From assembly GCA_965644265.1 (NCBI GenBank), contig OZ286476.1, positions 4,650,001 through 4,714,000 on the forward strand: a stretch of 64,000 nt of DNA. Reading direction: 5' to 3'. Below are positions 43,290 to 55,760 of the stretch, one piece after another (position 1 is the first letter of the stretch; each line of letters opens with the position of its first letter). The notes beneath the pieces were generated by a model. It had not been told where the DNA came from. It worked only from the letters and a program-made list of their open reading frames with translations, and did no database searches. Both the position numbers and the translations under genes were made by a program. Origin of the DNA: Glycera tridactyla (Eukaryota).

Positions 43290-46200
43290 CAGCTGGTGAA
43301 CTAGATGGTCATTTAGTTACTCCTCTGGAGTCAGAAGTTGATTATGCTAACTGGGGCAAGGCCTTCAGAGTAGAATTGGAAACCTTCCCCAGAGATCCCT
43401 TCATATGCGGATGTGGCCTTGGCAGCAGGGATTTGAGCGACACATCTCGATATTGACGACACTCCTGAGGTTGCGGAGAAAGCCAAATTAGCTATGTCTT
43501 TTGGGTCTGAGGCTGTCGAGCATGGTACGTTTGCCATTATTAAGATCGCGGCCCATATGGAGTTGAGCAGGAGGTCCTTAGCACTGAAATCACTGAATGA
43601 AGATGAGCAGGCAAAGGCAGAGCTTAGGTCATTACCATTGGGCCAACGCTTTCTTTTTGGTGGTAGGCTCGCTGAAGTTTGTCCATGGCCAGATCGAAAA
43701 AAAGGAGAAATATGATCTATGATTCTAGAATGGGCTACACAGCTTCCAAACCTGCCAGCAGTTCTCAGAAAGACTTTAAACCTCATGAAAACCTTCCTGG
43801 AAAGCTAAGAGAGGTTCCTAGAGAGGGAGGGGTAGAGGTAGGGGCAGTAGCGATGCTACGAGACCTGATAACTCTTATATTCAGCCTCAACGACAGCAGA
43901 GTCAGAATGTAGCTCAGTCGACAAGAGGAGAGCGCAGACCCTATCATAGAAGTGGTAGGGGCAGATCTAGGAGGCCCCGGGGCAATGTGCGCCACTCTTT
44001 CAACTCCATGTGTGGGGGCCAGATTACCACAGTTTGCTCCTGCTTGGGAGAACCTCACCACAGACAGATTTGTCTTGTTCAGTATCATTCAGAGGGGGCT
44101 GACATCAGTTTTCAACCATCTTCCAGTTTTGTCTCAGACGATTGTTCCATTTTCAGGTCCCAGAGAGGGATCTCCAAAATCAATTGCCTTGAAGGCGGAG
44201 ATTCAGAAGATGATGGACAAAGGAGCAATAATCAAACTGCCTCCAGATTGCAAACCAGGCTTTTACAGCAACCTGTTCGTGGTGACAAAAGCCTCAGGAG
44301 GTTTCAGACCTGTCATCAATTTGAAACCACCAAACAGGTTGCTGTATAACCGGCATTTCAAGATGGAAATGGTCAGATCTGAGGTAAGAGGATTGGTCGA
44401 TCTCTATGGACCTCCAGAACCAAAATATTCACGATGGTCAGTGAATGAAGGTACATCTGTACCTAGACGACTGGCTTGTCCATCATCAATGTTGTCAAAC
44501 TCTATTATAACAGATGGAATATATGCTTCAGAAAGCAACGGAATTAGGGTGCATTGTCAACAAGGAAACATTAGAGTTAGTTCCTGGTGGGCAATTCACC
44601 TACGTAGGAGTCGATTTTGACACCACAGCCTGAATAGTTTGTCAACACTCAAGAGAGTACAGAAACTAGAAGGTTGTTCGGGAGTCTTTTGGGCACAACT
44701 CTACGCCCAGTCAGAGCGTTGGAGGCTCACTTTTAAGGGTAGCCCCAATCAGAGCTGGGAGAAGAGGACTTTTTATCCCATTTCATGGTTCAGGGGATTC
44801 AGAGATCAGGGTAGACAGAATCTCCAGATGGATTAAGACTCTGATTCTGAGGGCTTAGTTTGAGAATTGTGCTGAGAATGGCTCAGCTCACAAGATCAGG
44901 GCATTGTCCACTTTCTGGCGAATGTTGAACAGAATGTCATCAGTGCATGAGATTATGCAAGCGGCATTCTGGTGATCAAGCAACATGTTCGCCTCCCTCT
45001 ACTTGAAGGATCTTTGGGGCCAAGCAATGGGCATCTACTCATTGGGTCCCATTGTGGCTGGCTAAGCGGTAATTTGGCCACCTTGGGCTTCGAATACATA
45101 AGTCGAGGTGGTAGTTCTAGTTGGGACTGTTTATCACTTTTATAATTATTCCCTCCATCCAAGATTTATGCCAATGCAGAATTTGGGGTATTTAATACCA
45201 TACCTGTCTCTCCCTAAGAAATGGACCCTCAGATCCAACCCCGCTAATTTTTGTGAAAATAGGAAGTGCGCATGCACGCAGTTTGCCTAGTTTGCGTTAA
45301 TTGCAAGATATGGTGATATGCGGTGATGGACGGGTCCAACTACAAATAGAATTTCTTTATATTTATTGGTAAAGTTCGATTGTGGGTTATTAAGCACCAG
45401 GGATGCAGAATTTTGAGGGAGAGACAGGTAGGCATTAACATCCTGGTTAAATGAATAAACCTGGGGGTAGTCTGAATTGCCAGAGTCTATTCCAGCTCAT
45501 GAAACCAGAGCAATTTTCACATCGTGGAAATCATTCAATCAGGGTTGCTCTGTTGAAGATCTCATGAAGGCAGCTTTCTGGATATCTGGCTCAATGTATT
45601 CTACATTCTATTTACATGATATGTGTGGTCCGGCTCTTGACCTTTATTCTTTGGGGCCTGTGGTTGTTGCACAGTCAGTAGTGAATCCATGTCAGGAGTC
45701 TGTGGATAGTTTTATTAGTCAAAACAAGAATCGGGTTGATTCTATTTTTTGTATGTATAATGTCTTCCCGATAGGAGAAGGAGTAAGCTCTGAGGCTATA
45801 CAATAGATGTAGATAATATAATACATGTATTGGAGACATTACTCTGGAAAGTATAATCCGTCCATGAGACATAGAGTTTTTCGCTCCGGGTCTCTGTACT
45901 TTGCATATGAAAATACTCGGGTTTGAGTGCATTACCTATAGAGGTATATAACCTTCGTGAGAGACATGGAGCTATTACTTTGGGTCTCTGATATTATTCA
46001 TATATGAATACTCGGGTTTGAGTGCATTAGCTATGCGGGTATATAACCTTCTCGAGAGACATGGAACTTCTACTCTGGGTCTATAATATTATTCATATAA
46101 GAATACTTGGGTTTGCGTGCATTATCTATATAGGTATATAACCTTCCTGAGAGACATGGAGTTGTTTGCTAGGGGGCTCTACATCCACAATCCATGTCAG

Positions 46201-46562
46201 ATTCATGCAGAATTTGAGGGAGAAATGGTACAGATAGATCCCCTCAGGTTTGTTTATTTAACCTGGGGATCCATACTTACCATTTCTCACTCAAATTGGA
46301 TGTTCTCTCCCGTCCCTCCCTGCTGTAGAGCTTCGGCACTCATTGAAGTAAACAATACACCGATAAACACAGCAGACAAGCTGACCTCTGGTGGCTAGAT
46401 TATTCATAGCCACCTGGTGGAGTGGAGGTCGGAGGTCGGTTACATCCTCTGATTGAAAATTGTGTATTTTTGTTATGTTTGCACGTAGACCTTCGGCCTG
46501 GGGTATGCAGAATTCGAGGGAGAAATGGTAAGTATAGATCCCCAGGTTGAATAAACAAACCT
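43290..46562 (+). mobile_element. Composite DIRS relic: gag/RT followed by two different YR tails, each with its own terminal repeats
   Basis: Gag (MELSRRSLALKSL) and RT 43952-44620. YR tail A at about 44880-45075 with ends to 45465, then YR tail B at 45477-45680 with ICR/ITR at 46204-46296 and 46501-46562. Confidence 0.85.
45866..46165. repeat. 95-bp tandem repeat x3+ in the DIRS 3' region
   Basis: gagacat(g/a)g at 45866, 45961, 46056 and 46151. Confidence 0.9.
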
Positions 46563-46619
46563 GGAGAAGGGGTCTACCCTCATCAAAACTATGAAGCAAA
46601 CTCCCCTACCTGCCAATTT

Positions 46620-47021
46620 CTAACTCACTAATTCACTAACTCACTCACTTACTCACTCTCCTTATTCTCCCGGACATCACCCAGCACCTCATACCTACTT
46701 CTCTTCTCACATCCTTCACTTGACACTCATCTTTGTACCGCACTCATACCCTACGCCCTTCAAATATACTCTCTATGGTCTTACCTAGCTAATTAATACT
46801 GACTTGACATCACTCAACTGTTGCTGAATATTCTGCTATGCTATCAACATCACTTATGTGCCACTCATTGTACTATTTCCTGACCACTGTCTTGTATATG
46901 TACATATGTGTGTTCTGTTGTATTTTTGTACTCCTAAGGGTAAGATATAATCTATTGATCTACCTGGCTGGATTTAAATAAAGATGTTCAAATCAAATCG
47001 AATCAAATCAAATCGAATCAA
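46620..47021 (+). mobile_element. LINE 3' tail
   Basis: Pyrimidine-rich tract, AATAAA at about 46977 and an (AATCA)n tail. Confidence 0.5.
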
Positions 47022-47704
47022 GAGCGGACCATCTCAAATAGAGCAGCGGTCATTCCTCAAAAAGGGCCTTGTTTTAGGAGTTTAAGTAACCCGCCCTACA
47101 CACACCCACATCATACATCATTTCGAAGCTTAGAACCTCTACTTCAAGGTTAGGTATGATGTGGAAATGGCAAATGGTCCAGTTTTCTGGAAAACAGCAT
47201 TGAATATGGGTCTTCCTCGGGGTCGAAAATCAGCACTGGGATTGTCCCAACTCTTGCTCATGTCAAAAAATTGTCAAAATCCTTGAGTAAATGACTCCAT
47301 GATATGAGGCAGTTAATGTGTTCATTGAATAATCATTTTCCAACAATAATATGACATAAAAACTAGAATTTTCATATGCTATGACATGAATTTTGACATA
47401 TACAGACACACTATGGAAATATCAATTTCCATGACCACTCATCATGTATTTCTGAATGAATACTTTTAATGGATGGTCATCATATTCCTCAAAAACTCTG
47501 CTCAGGTGATATTTTGAAACAGAATTGAGTCTGTAATTTTCTTGGAGAGAAATAACAATAATAATATTGGCATATCAGATAGCCAGATGTTCAGGATACC
47601 ATGATTTTGAAATGTACTATACATCAACACATGACATGCTTTTGTCATTTAAACTTTGTTTTATTTGAAGTTTGCTGATGAAATTAACTCAAAAACATTA
47701 CGAA

Positions 47705-47870
47705 GATCCACACACATACAAACACATACTTGCAGGCATGTGTGCACACATAGTATATGCATTTGGTATGTGTTTGTGTATGTATGTATGTACGTATATA
47801 GGTGCGATTTCACAAATAATGGCAAATGGATATTTGAGTCCATGCCTATGTAAATCTAAAAGTGAACCTG

Positions 47871-47902
<32 letters not shown>

Positions 47903-48050
47903 TATAAATGCATACATGCATATGTGTGCTAGTCAGTGCATGTATGTGTGTGTTTGTGTTTGTTGGTGTGTGCATGTGTGTGTGGGTGTGTCACATACAT
48001 ATACACCAACACAGAGACATATGTGTGCGAGCATACATTCACATCAATAC
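47705..48050. repeat. CA/TG-rich microsatellite region
   Basis: (CA)n and (TG)n runs. Confidence 0.85.
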
Positions 48051-48069
48051 ATTCACTCATTATGATCAA

Positions 48070-51000
48070 TGCTCATCACATATCATCATAATTGTCACCA
48101 GGTTCCCCTTCACTGATGAGTGTATGTGATAATGGGTTGTCAGAATTTTCATATCCTTCACAAGAACAAGGTCAATATGAGCCAGATTACAGTTCTGGCA
48201 GATGCAGTTAATTGTGCAGGGACTGCAGGTGGAGCATGAGCAAACAAGCCCTTGCACTAATTCTGAAGTAGTAGGGAAGGAAACATGTAATAGTGTCTCA
48301 CTCTCCATCCTTCATCCATGAAACAATGGGGATCTCAAATTTGGATTAGCTATATGTGATGCCATGCATAATTATTTACCCCAAGATGCATCCTTTATAT
48401 GTTCAGCAAAACTAGCTACACCAAGAGGAAGCTTTTCAAGTGCCCTGTCTTTCTCCAGAGCTAATTCGATCCTCAAACAAATGAGGTCTGAATTAGCCTC
48501 CCTTTCTTTATTGTTGCAATCATGCAGTGAATTTCCATGCTGCGGGAATCATTGATTCATTTTTCAGATCACCCAGTTTTAGCAAATCTTTGAAGTTTAC
48601 AATTTTATGTTTGAGAGTGTCATATATACAGTTTTCTTCCCAATTCCAAAGAAGGAGCAAACTGTATCGCACCTGTCAGAGAATGTGCAGCTGGGAGAAT
48701 ATCAGATATATCAGGGTTGAGCGATTCACAAATGTCATGAACTGATATGAAATGACATTTGGCAGCTGAGCTGGTCATAAAACAGTCTCAATCAAGAATG
48801 TTGCTCATTTTTGGAAGATAGATCGACAAAATCAATACATTTGTATCTGCTGTGTTGATGATCACTGCTCCCCATCTACCATGTAAACCACTAAAGTCAT
48901 TGGTTGGAGTAGCATGTAGCAGGATACATTTGTCAGTTTCTTCATGAATGCTGAAGAGTGCTGAAATTTCTTCCACACTATTTCTGGCAAAGCATTTCAT
49001 CTCAGTACCTTCCTCAGAGCAAGAATGAATTCCCAGATGTAGACAGGTTTGCGCATTATCAATAACATATTCTCCCAGGAATGGTGCTAGTGATCCTTCA
49101 TTGACTGGCATATACTGAACATCCACTGAGCATATGGTACTCTTTGCTGCTCTGCACTGATATTCCCCTGCCTTAACTGGTTTAACACTGTTATAGCTAT
49201 CATAACCTCAAGGACAGTATTTGCCCCTTTACATCTTTGCCTGTGATATACCTCAGCTGAGTCATCAAGAGTTAGGTACTTATCCCTACTCATCAGCTGG
49301 ATGCAAGCCATGACATCCCTGATATAAAAAATGCAAATTTGGTCAGAGAAGGTTACTGATGTACACTGTTAACTTAAGCTTCAAGCTGAGCACCAAGGTC
49401 AGCTTCATCATTCTTCCTCATTGAACCATCAGAGTGGAAGAGAGACAGGTACAGGTCCGATGTGATTACTCAGAACCATAGACATTGATATATCTTCCAG
49501 ACACTGTGTGTGTGACAAAGCTTTTTGGGGGAATTATTTTTGGACTGATAGCTGCCAAAATTACTTCACTCCAGCTTTTCTATACATTTTGTAACTTGTG
49601 CCTTCTGGTCCAAATTCTCCTTCCAGAAATTTCAGCAATTGGTCTTTCCCAGATCAATCTACCTTCATAAGGGATTGCTGGACTTCTACACTTGCATAAG
49701 ACTGCATCCTTCAATTGTTGAACTTTTACCATTTGGGACATGTACACCTCCCATCAATCTAGCCACTTTCTTGTTTGCCCGACAACTCATCAAATGTATT
49801 GGTTCATTATACCTTACATGGAAACATTTGTGCATAACCCATCTATCAAATGCCTTGAGTTGAATTAGTAGCTGTATAGCTAAAGCCAAATTGAGTGGTT
49901 TTATGACATGGTTCAAAGCAAATATGACTTTCACAAATTAGAAAGCGTTGAGTTTTATATCATCAGATGAGACATGTTCATTACTGGCTGATTCATATAC
50001 CTTGAAATCAATCAACCAATTGATTAATTCCGGCAGAAGTTGGTGGACAGATTTTGTGGATTCATACTCATCATTTAGCTGAGGTAACTTTCACTCTTTT
50101 CACTCTTTTTCACATTTGATATCTTGTTTCATGGTATTGACGCAGTATTATATCTGTTATCATATTATTTCTTTGAACTCCGTCTCACCATTACCATCAT
50201 CCTGACACAAGTCCACTTCTATCTGGGAAGATCAGAGGTTTCATAGGTTTTGAATAGTATCATCAGAAATATCAGTATGCTCTGATAGCAATGTTTTCAT
50301 ATTGGCTGAGCAAATCATTGAGATAAAAGGTTTTTTCTTATTATTCATAAGAACATTATTTGTCTCCATGTGTTTGAGAAATGCAGTCCCATGCGCATGC
50401 CATTGGATCATCTGTACCAATCCTATGATGCAACACATCATCATTTCTCAAATGAGCTAACTATCATAAATTACTGCCCCCCCCCCTCCCGCTTCGCTAT
50501 CCTATGAAGCTTTCCATCTTTTTCATGATATTCTGCAGAGCAGATCATACATGATGACCAGTCAAATCTTGGTATCTTGGAAAAGGTTACTTAGGATACA
50601 TTTAAAGATGAAGGAACAGGTTTTGATCAACCCCTTCCAGCACTGTGCCCATGTGGGCAAGGTTTGACTTGCATGTATGTTTCTTGACACATTCACACAA
50701 ACTCATGATGGCTGAAGAAGTAGATTACAGTACTATCACCCCTTTCAATTCCAAGGAATGATTACATTTGCCTTCTAGCTAGAACCGGTGCTGACAGCAA
50801 GAAGCTTGTAATAGTGTAAGGGAAGTGTTTTGACTATGGAATTTTCATCAATGTATGTAATGAGCACTGGGTGAAATTCCTTATATAGCGGTGTATTGTC
50901 TAACCCCTCCAAACAATTATTCGTGCTGCATGATGTGGATATCCTGTTGATTTATTTGTGATCAATAGATTAATGACTGATCCAATTAAAAAAAACAGTA

Positions 51001-51100
51001 TATTTGTTGACAGTGAGTCATACATTGAGTTGATGTGAAGGTTCCCTTCATCTTAATTGCTGGCAATTGGGCGACAAGCACCTGCTTTCTAAGAAATTAA
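48070..51100 (-). mobile_element. Degenerate Academ-like DNA transposase relic
   Basis: Collinear fragments: MACIQ...(49311), HEETDKCILLHA...ADTNVLIL (about 48950, an XPG-like HEEAD/DTDV motif) and a C-terminal LVCSCSTC..C..NCICQNCNL..IDL Cys cluster (48066-48308). Many stops; the upstream boundary is uncertain. Confidence 0.55.
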
Positions 51101-52115
51101 TTTCATGATACAGATGTTCTCTCAAGGCTGATATATCTATAAATATGGTGAATAATTGCTCTTGAAAGCATTGATTGTCACAAAGTACTTGCTGGTCACA
51201 GAGTTTTTGTTATTGAGAAACCCACCTGGATACCCAGGAGGATCGGTAGTTTTACTGTAAATCAAAAGGCTTGGAAAAGGGACAGACAGAGACAGTCAAG
51301 GCATACAGAAGTCTTGAATACTCATGCATACATCCTGAAATTGAATAAATTGGTTAATATTATGCTAAAAACAAGTGTATAAAGCAATACTTCATCATAT
51401 ACAGAACTTTCTGTGAGCGGGCACACTTTCTTACATAGCTGCAGTGATGAACATTAAACCACTGGCCGATGTGCACATGCAAAACTGTCTCAGATCATTG
51501 CTAGTACCACATAATTCATCTGAAATAGTGGTAACATATTACACTTCATATTTCAGCATCAGGAAGGCAGAGAAAACTGGTCTAGTGCTCAATACAGGAG
51601 GTATAACCTACAGGAACCATTTTCGGATTTTCTGCTTGATAGCCTGATACGTTTTGACAGGGTAACTTTGACTGGAATTTTCAATGTGACTGGACCATTT
51701 GCCAGCTCCACATCATACCTCATCATAAAGTACAGGTTTTAAGCTTTCAAATGAGGTATGATGTGGCCGTGTGTATGCCGGGTTGATTAAGTCGCCTATT
51801 TGGGGCTCTGGCCGCTGCTCTAAAAGGTGTGTGCTTATATCACAACACTATGGTAAACAATACCTGCACCTCCTGGGCAGTGCCCGAAGCGTACACGTAC
51901 GTGTAGGCTTATGTTCGTTGAACATTCCGGATTAATAATGAATTGGCTGGGAATTTTCCCAAGACTGTTAGATCGCCAAATCAAGAAGATATGATTTGCG
52001 CAGGCGCACCGCACATGTTGTTTGCGGCAGATGCGATAGATGGCGCAGTGGGGCCATGCGGGTACACACCCCTGAATAGTTTTTATATTGTTCGAAAGTA
52101 GATTGTTGAGCATTT

Positions 52116-52150
52116 GGGATGCAGAATTTGAGAGAGACAGGAACGGTATG
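52116..52150 (+). mobile_element. Solitary DIRS terminal-repeat remnant
   Basis: gggatgcagaatttgagagagacagg matches the ends at 3108 and 45400. Confidence 0.55.
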
Positions 52151-52574
52151 GAGAAAGTAAATGTGATGAATGGGTATCTGTGACTTTACCTCCAGGCTTT
52201 TAAACAGTTTTCTTCATGTGATTGATACTTATGACTTGTCACATTGCTGCTTGTTTATTGTCGCCCACCCTGAAGGCGGGCGATCTCTAATACGGGGCTG
52301 ATTCTGGCGTATGGGCAGCGCCATTAGTCATTGGGGTTCTTCAGTTTCTCAGACAAGCAAAATGTCCGAGAAATCCCGCACCGAATTCTCTGTATTTCGA
52401 GTGAACAATAGCATTGGGGACCTATTTACCGTACGAGACTTCACGACCATCAGGTGGAATTGAACAGCCTCTTGAACAGCGTCACTTTCAGGGCTGTTTG
52501 CACACTTCTAGTTCCAGCTACTAACGCTATTTGGCGCTTCAGGACAGTTTAATTGGCCCAGCTTCACTGGTAGG

Positions 52575-52611
<37 letters not shown>

Positions 52612-53458
52612 GCTGACTGACTGAGCGACTGCCAGGCAAGGCAGGCCAGGTAAGAAGACAGGACAGGACAGGCCATGTCAGGGTCAGGGCAGGCAGGCGG
52701 GACAGGTCAGGCAGGCAGGACAGTGCAGGCAGGCAGGGAGGACAGGACAGGGCAGGGCAGGGCATGCAGGCAGGCATGTCAGGTTAGGCAGGCAGGACAG
52801 GGCAGGCAGGACAGGGCAAGACAGGTAGGCAGGACGGGACAAGACAGGTAGGCAGGCAAGACAGGTCAAGCAGGAGGGACAGGTCAGTCAGACATGCAGG
52901 ACAAGACCGGACAGACAGGCAGGCAGGACAGTGCAGGCAGGACAGGTCAGGGCAGAAAGGCAGGCAAGCAGGACAGGGCAAGCAGGACAGAACAGGCAGA
53001 AAGGACAGGCCAGGTCAGGTCAGGCAGGACAGGTCAGGTCAGGCAAGACAGGTCAGGCAGGCAGGCAGGAAGGACAGATCATGCCAGGCAGGCAGGACGG
53101 GACCAGAAGGCATGACAGGATGGGCCAGACAGGGAGGCAGACAGGATGGGCAGGCAGGACAGGGGAGACAGGCAGGCAGGACAGGCAGGCAGACAGGCTA
53201 TACAAGGCAGGTCTAAACAGACAGGCAGGCAGGGCAGGGTGGCAGGACAGGACAGGACAGGCACACTGGCAGGATGGAACAGGACAGGTAGGCAACCAGG
53301 CAGGGCAGGACAGGAAAGGTTAGGCTAGGCAGGCAGGTAGACAGGGCAGGCCAGGGGAGGCCAGGCAAGACAGGGCAGGCCAGGCGGGACAGGACAGGCA
53401 GACTGGATGGATGGAAAAGGACAGGCAGGCAACCAGGCAGGAATGGACCGGTCAGGCT

Positions 53459-53512
<54 letters not shown>

Positions 53513-53520
53513 AACAGGAC
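52575..53520. repeat. Purine-rich degenerate (GGCA/GGACA)n satellite
   Basis: Shuffled aggc/acagg motifs ending in pure (ggca)n. Confidence 0.9.
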
Positions 53521-53949
53521 ATCCATTCATGCGGCCATGCCCTCACTTTAATGCCCTGTTATCAAAAATGTCTCGCCGTCCATCCATACATCTATCCATC
53601 CATGCCAGCAAGCATCCATGCATCTCTTCATCCACCCACCCATGCTTTCTTGCATGCATGCAAGCCCCGTGCATCCACCTTCTCCTCAACTTTTTCTCCT
53701 AGCTTCCTGCCACTCACTGCTTAATATGAATATTCAATCATTTGCGGTCGAATATGATGCCTTGCATCATGTTGTTCTTGTACTTTGAACCTTCTGAGAC
53801 GATCAAACAGTTAAATCATATCCATAAGTTATGGTATTTAGTACCATCTATTTCTCGTAGTTCATATCCTAGATAATGAAACAAAAAAATGTATGAGACT
53901 GGCACTGTTTATCCATCCAGGAAAGGTACTGAGAAGTTGATTGGTATGT

Positions 53950-54720
53950 TTATCGGTGTATTGGTGCCAAGAAAGTGTTTCCTTCCAAGGTGAAATGACG
54001 CGATTGCATCACGTTGAATGAAAAAAAATCAGTCATATTACGTAACGACAGTACTCGTATTCACAGTGGAATTATGCAGTCACGTACAGGCGGATTTTTG
54101 TAAGACTTGCATTTCTGAATTCTACTGGTACTTTTACTATAGAACCAACCCTCAGACCTTTTGGCCTTTCCAACACAAATGAAAGTGTCTGGGCTCTGGG
54201 ACTGATATCTTATCGAGAAGCTTGGCAAGGCATGTTCCATTGAAGTGTCCCCTCCTGAAATTGAACTGCCCCTGATACAGCATGTCATATATTAGGAAAC
54301 ATGTTCATAGATCTGTGGATGTATGATCCTTTCGAAAACTTTTCAAATTCAGGAGGTGAACCACTTTTATGTATTAGAGTTACCAGAGCATGTTTCCAAA
54401 TGGAGGGAAATATGCAGTTTTGGATCCCAAATATCTGTCAGTATAAAGATTGGAGTTTCAGGGAGCATTTTTACCATGTACGATGTAAGTCCGTCAGGGC
54501 CAGATGCACCAGATGAGATAAGACAAGTGATGCTTAGGATGACATAAATGGGCGTAATCTGATTAATTTGGAATGTAGGGATGTAACGTGGATTTTTGTC
54601 GATAGAAGGTATATCTTGCTTGTCAATAGCATCAAACAAAGTTTCGCCAATATTTGAAAAGTATCGATCCGCCTTAGTCATAGATAAGTTGTCCCTGGTA
54701 GAGAGGGCAGCCCTAGTGCA
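53950..54720 (-). pseudogene. Degenerate CR1/L2-group ORF2 fragment
   Basis: YFSNIG...GASGPDG...WKHALVTLIHKSG...FRRGHFNGTCLAKLLD, pieced together across frames. Confidence 0.6.
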
Positions 54721-55325
54721 ACCATCTGTCTTCAGGGTATAGTAGCACAAACATTTGGACTGCATGGTCAGAATAATCCTGTGAAAGAGCCGCCCGGATT
54801 AACCTTTCATGGGAATTCCCAGTTGAGCATTGTAATCATGTACTCTGACATGTATACAATCCGGATCCTCAAGCCTAACCAAGCATGCCATTGTAGCAAA
54901 AAAACTGAGATAGCGAGTGATGGCTATTCTTATCCATGGCAAGGTCACTGGACCCGAAATGAAGAATCAGGAAATCTCAAGTGAGGGCAACCACATTCAA
55001 AGCCTCGTCCGTTATATCATCGTTTGAAACAGCTTCTCTCATTTCCATCGAATCTGTTCTATTCCTTGAAGGTTCTCTGAATTCTTCAGTAAAATGGTCT
55101 CAGGATTCGACTGTTTCTTGTACTTCATGATTTAGAGTTTAGGATTTGAGAGATCAATACCTGTGAAGGCAGAGCATTCAACATTGATAGACCAGGAACA
55201 CATGGCATACATACTACTTCAGTCATCGTCACAAGTGCCACAATTCGGCTGCAGTCCTAACTGTAATTTCGGCCCTTTCCACATGGTATCGATGAGGCGT
55301 TTCACTATCCAATTATGCACATGAG

Positions 55326-55760
55326 TTAGGTCACCGGGTCAGAGGGGAGTTTCATATCTCTATGTTCAAATGGCCTATCTAACTTGACCAAAGTGTGTCT
55401 TCGGGAGTGGGGTCGGGTTTCAGGCGTGTTGGGAGTTCCATTCCTGGGAGTGGAATCAGGCAAATTGACAACTGCAGTATCCACAGGTGGTTGAACAAAA
55501 GAAGCGAGAGAGTCGAAATCTTTCAAGTCTTTAATCAAATAGGAAAGGTCACTTTCGAGGTCCTCTTGTTGAGCTGTGGAGGGCACATTAGCCCCAGCTT
55601 CATGTCTCAGGGGGCACCTGATTGAGTGTCGGAGAGAAAGCCTCACCAGTCCTCCCTCAACATCAGAAATGTTCCCTTTTGCCTCGACCAGTAGGACCTT
55701 CACTTTTTCCAGCATCTTGGGCAGTACTCTTGGCCTCTCTTCTCGGAGGGCATCACTGAC
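55326..55760 (-). CDS. Possible host-gene exon, unknown product
   Basis: Open frame of about 144 codons following an acceptor tttctgattcag|, with protein-like composition. No family recognised. Confidence 0.3.
   Translation of the reverse strand, partial: VSDALREERPRVLPKMLEKVKVLLVEAKGNISDVEGGLVRLSLRHSIRCPLRHEAGANVPSTAQQEDLESDLSYLIKDLKDFDSLASFVQPPVDTAVVNLPDSTPRNGTPNTPETRPHSRRHTLVKLDRPFEHRDMKLPSDPVT

Noticed and set aside
47661-48129. Short His/Thr or Val/Cys-rich ORFs
   Set aside because: They are translations of (CA)n/(TG)n microsatellites.
52508-53530. Multiple Cys/Pro- or Gly/Gln/Arg-rich ORFs
   Set aside because: They are translations of the (GGCA/GGACA)n satellite on both strands.
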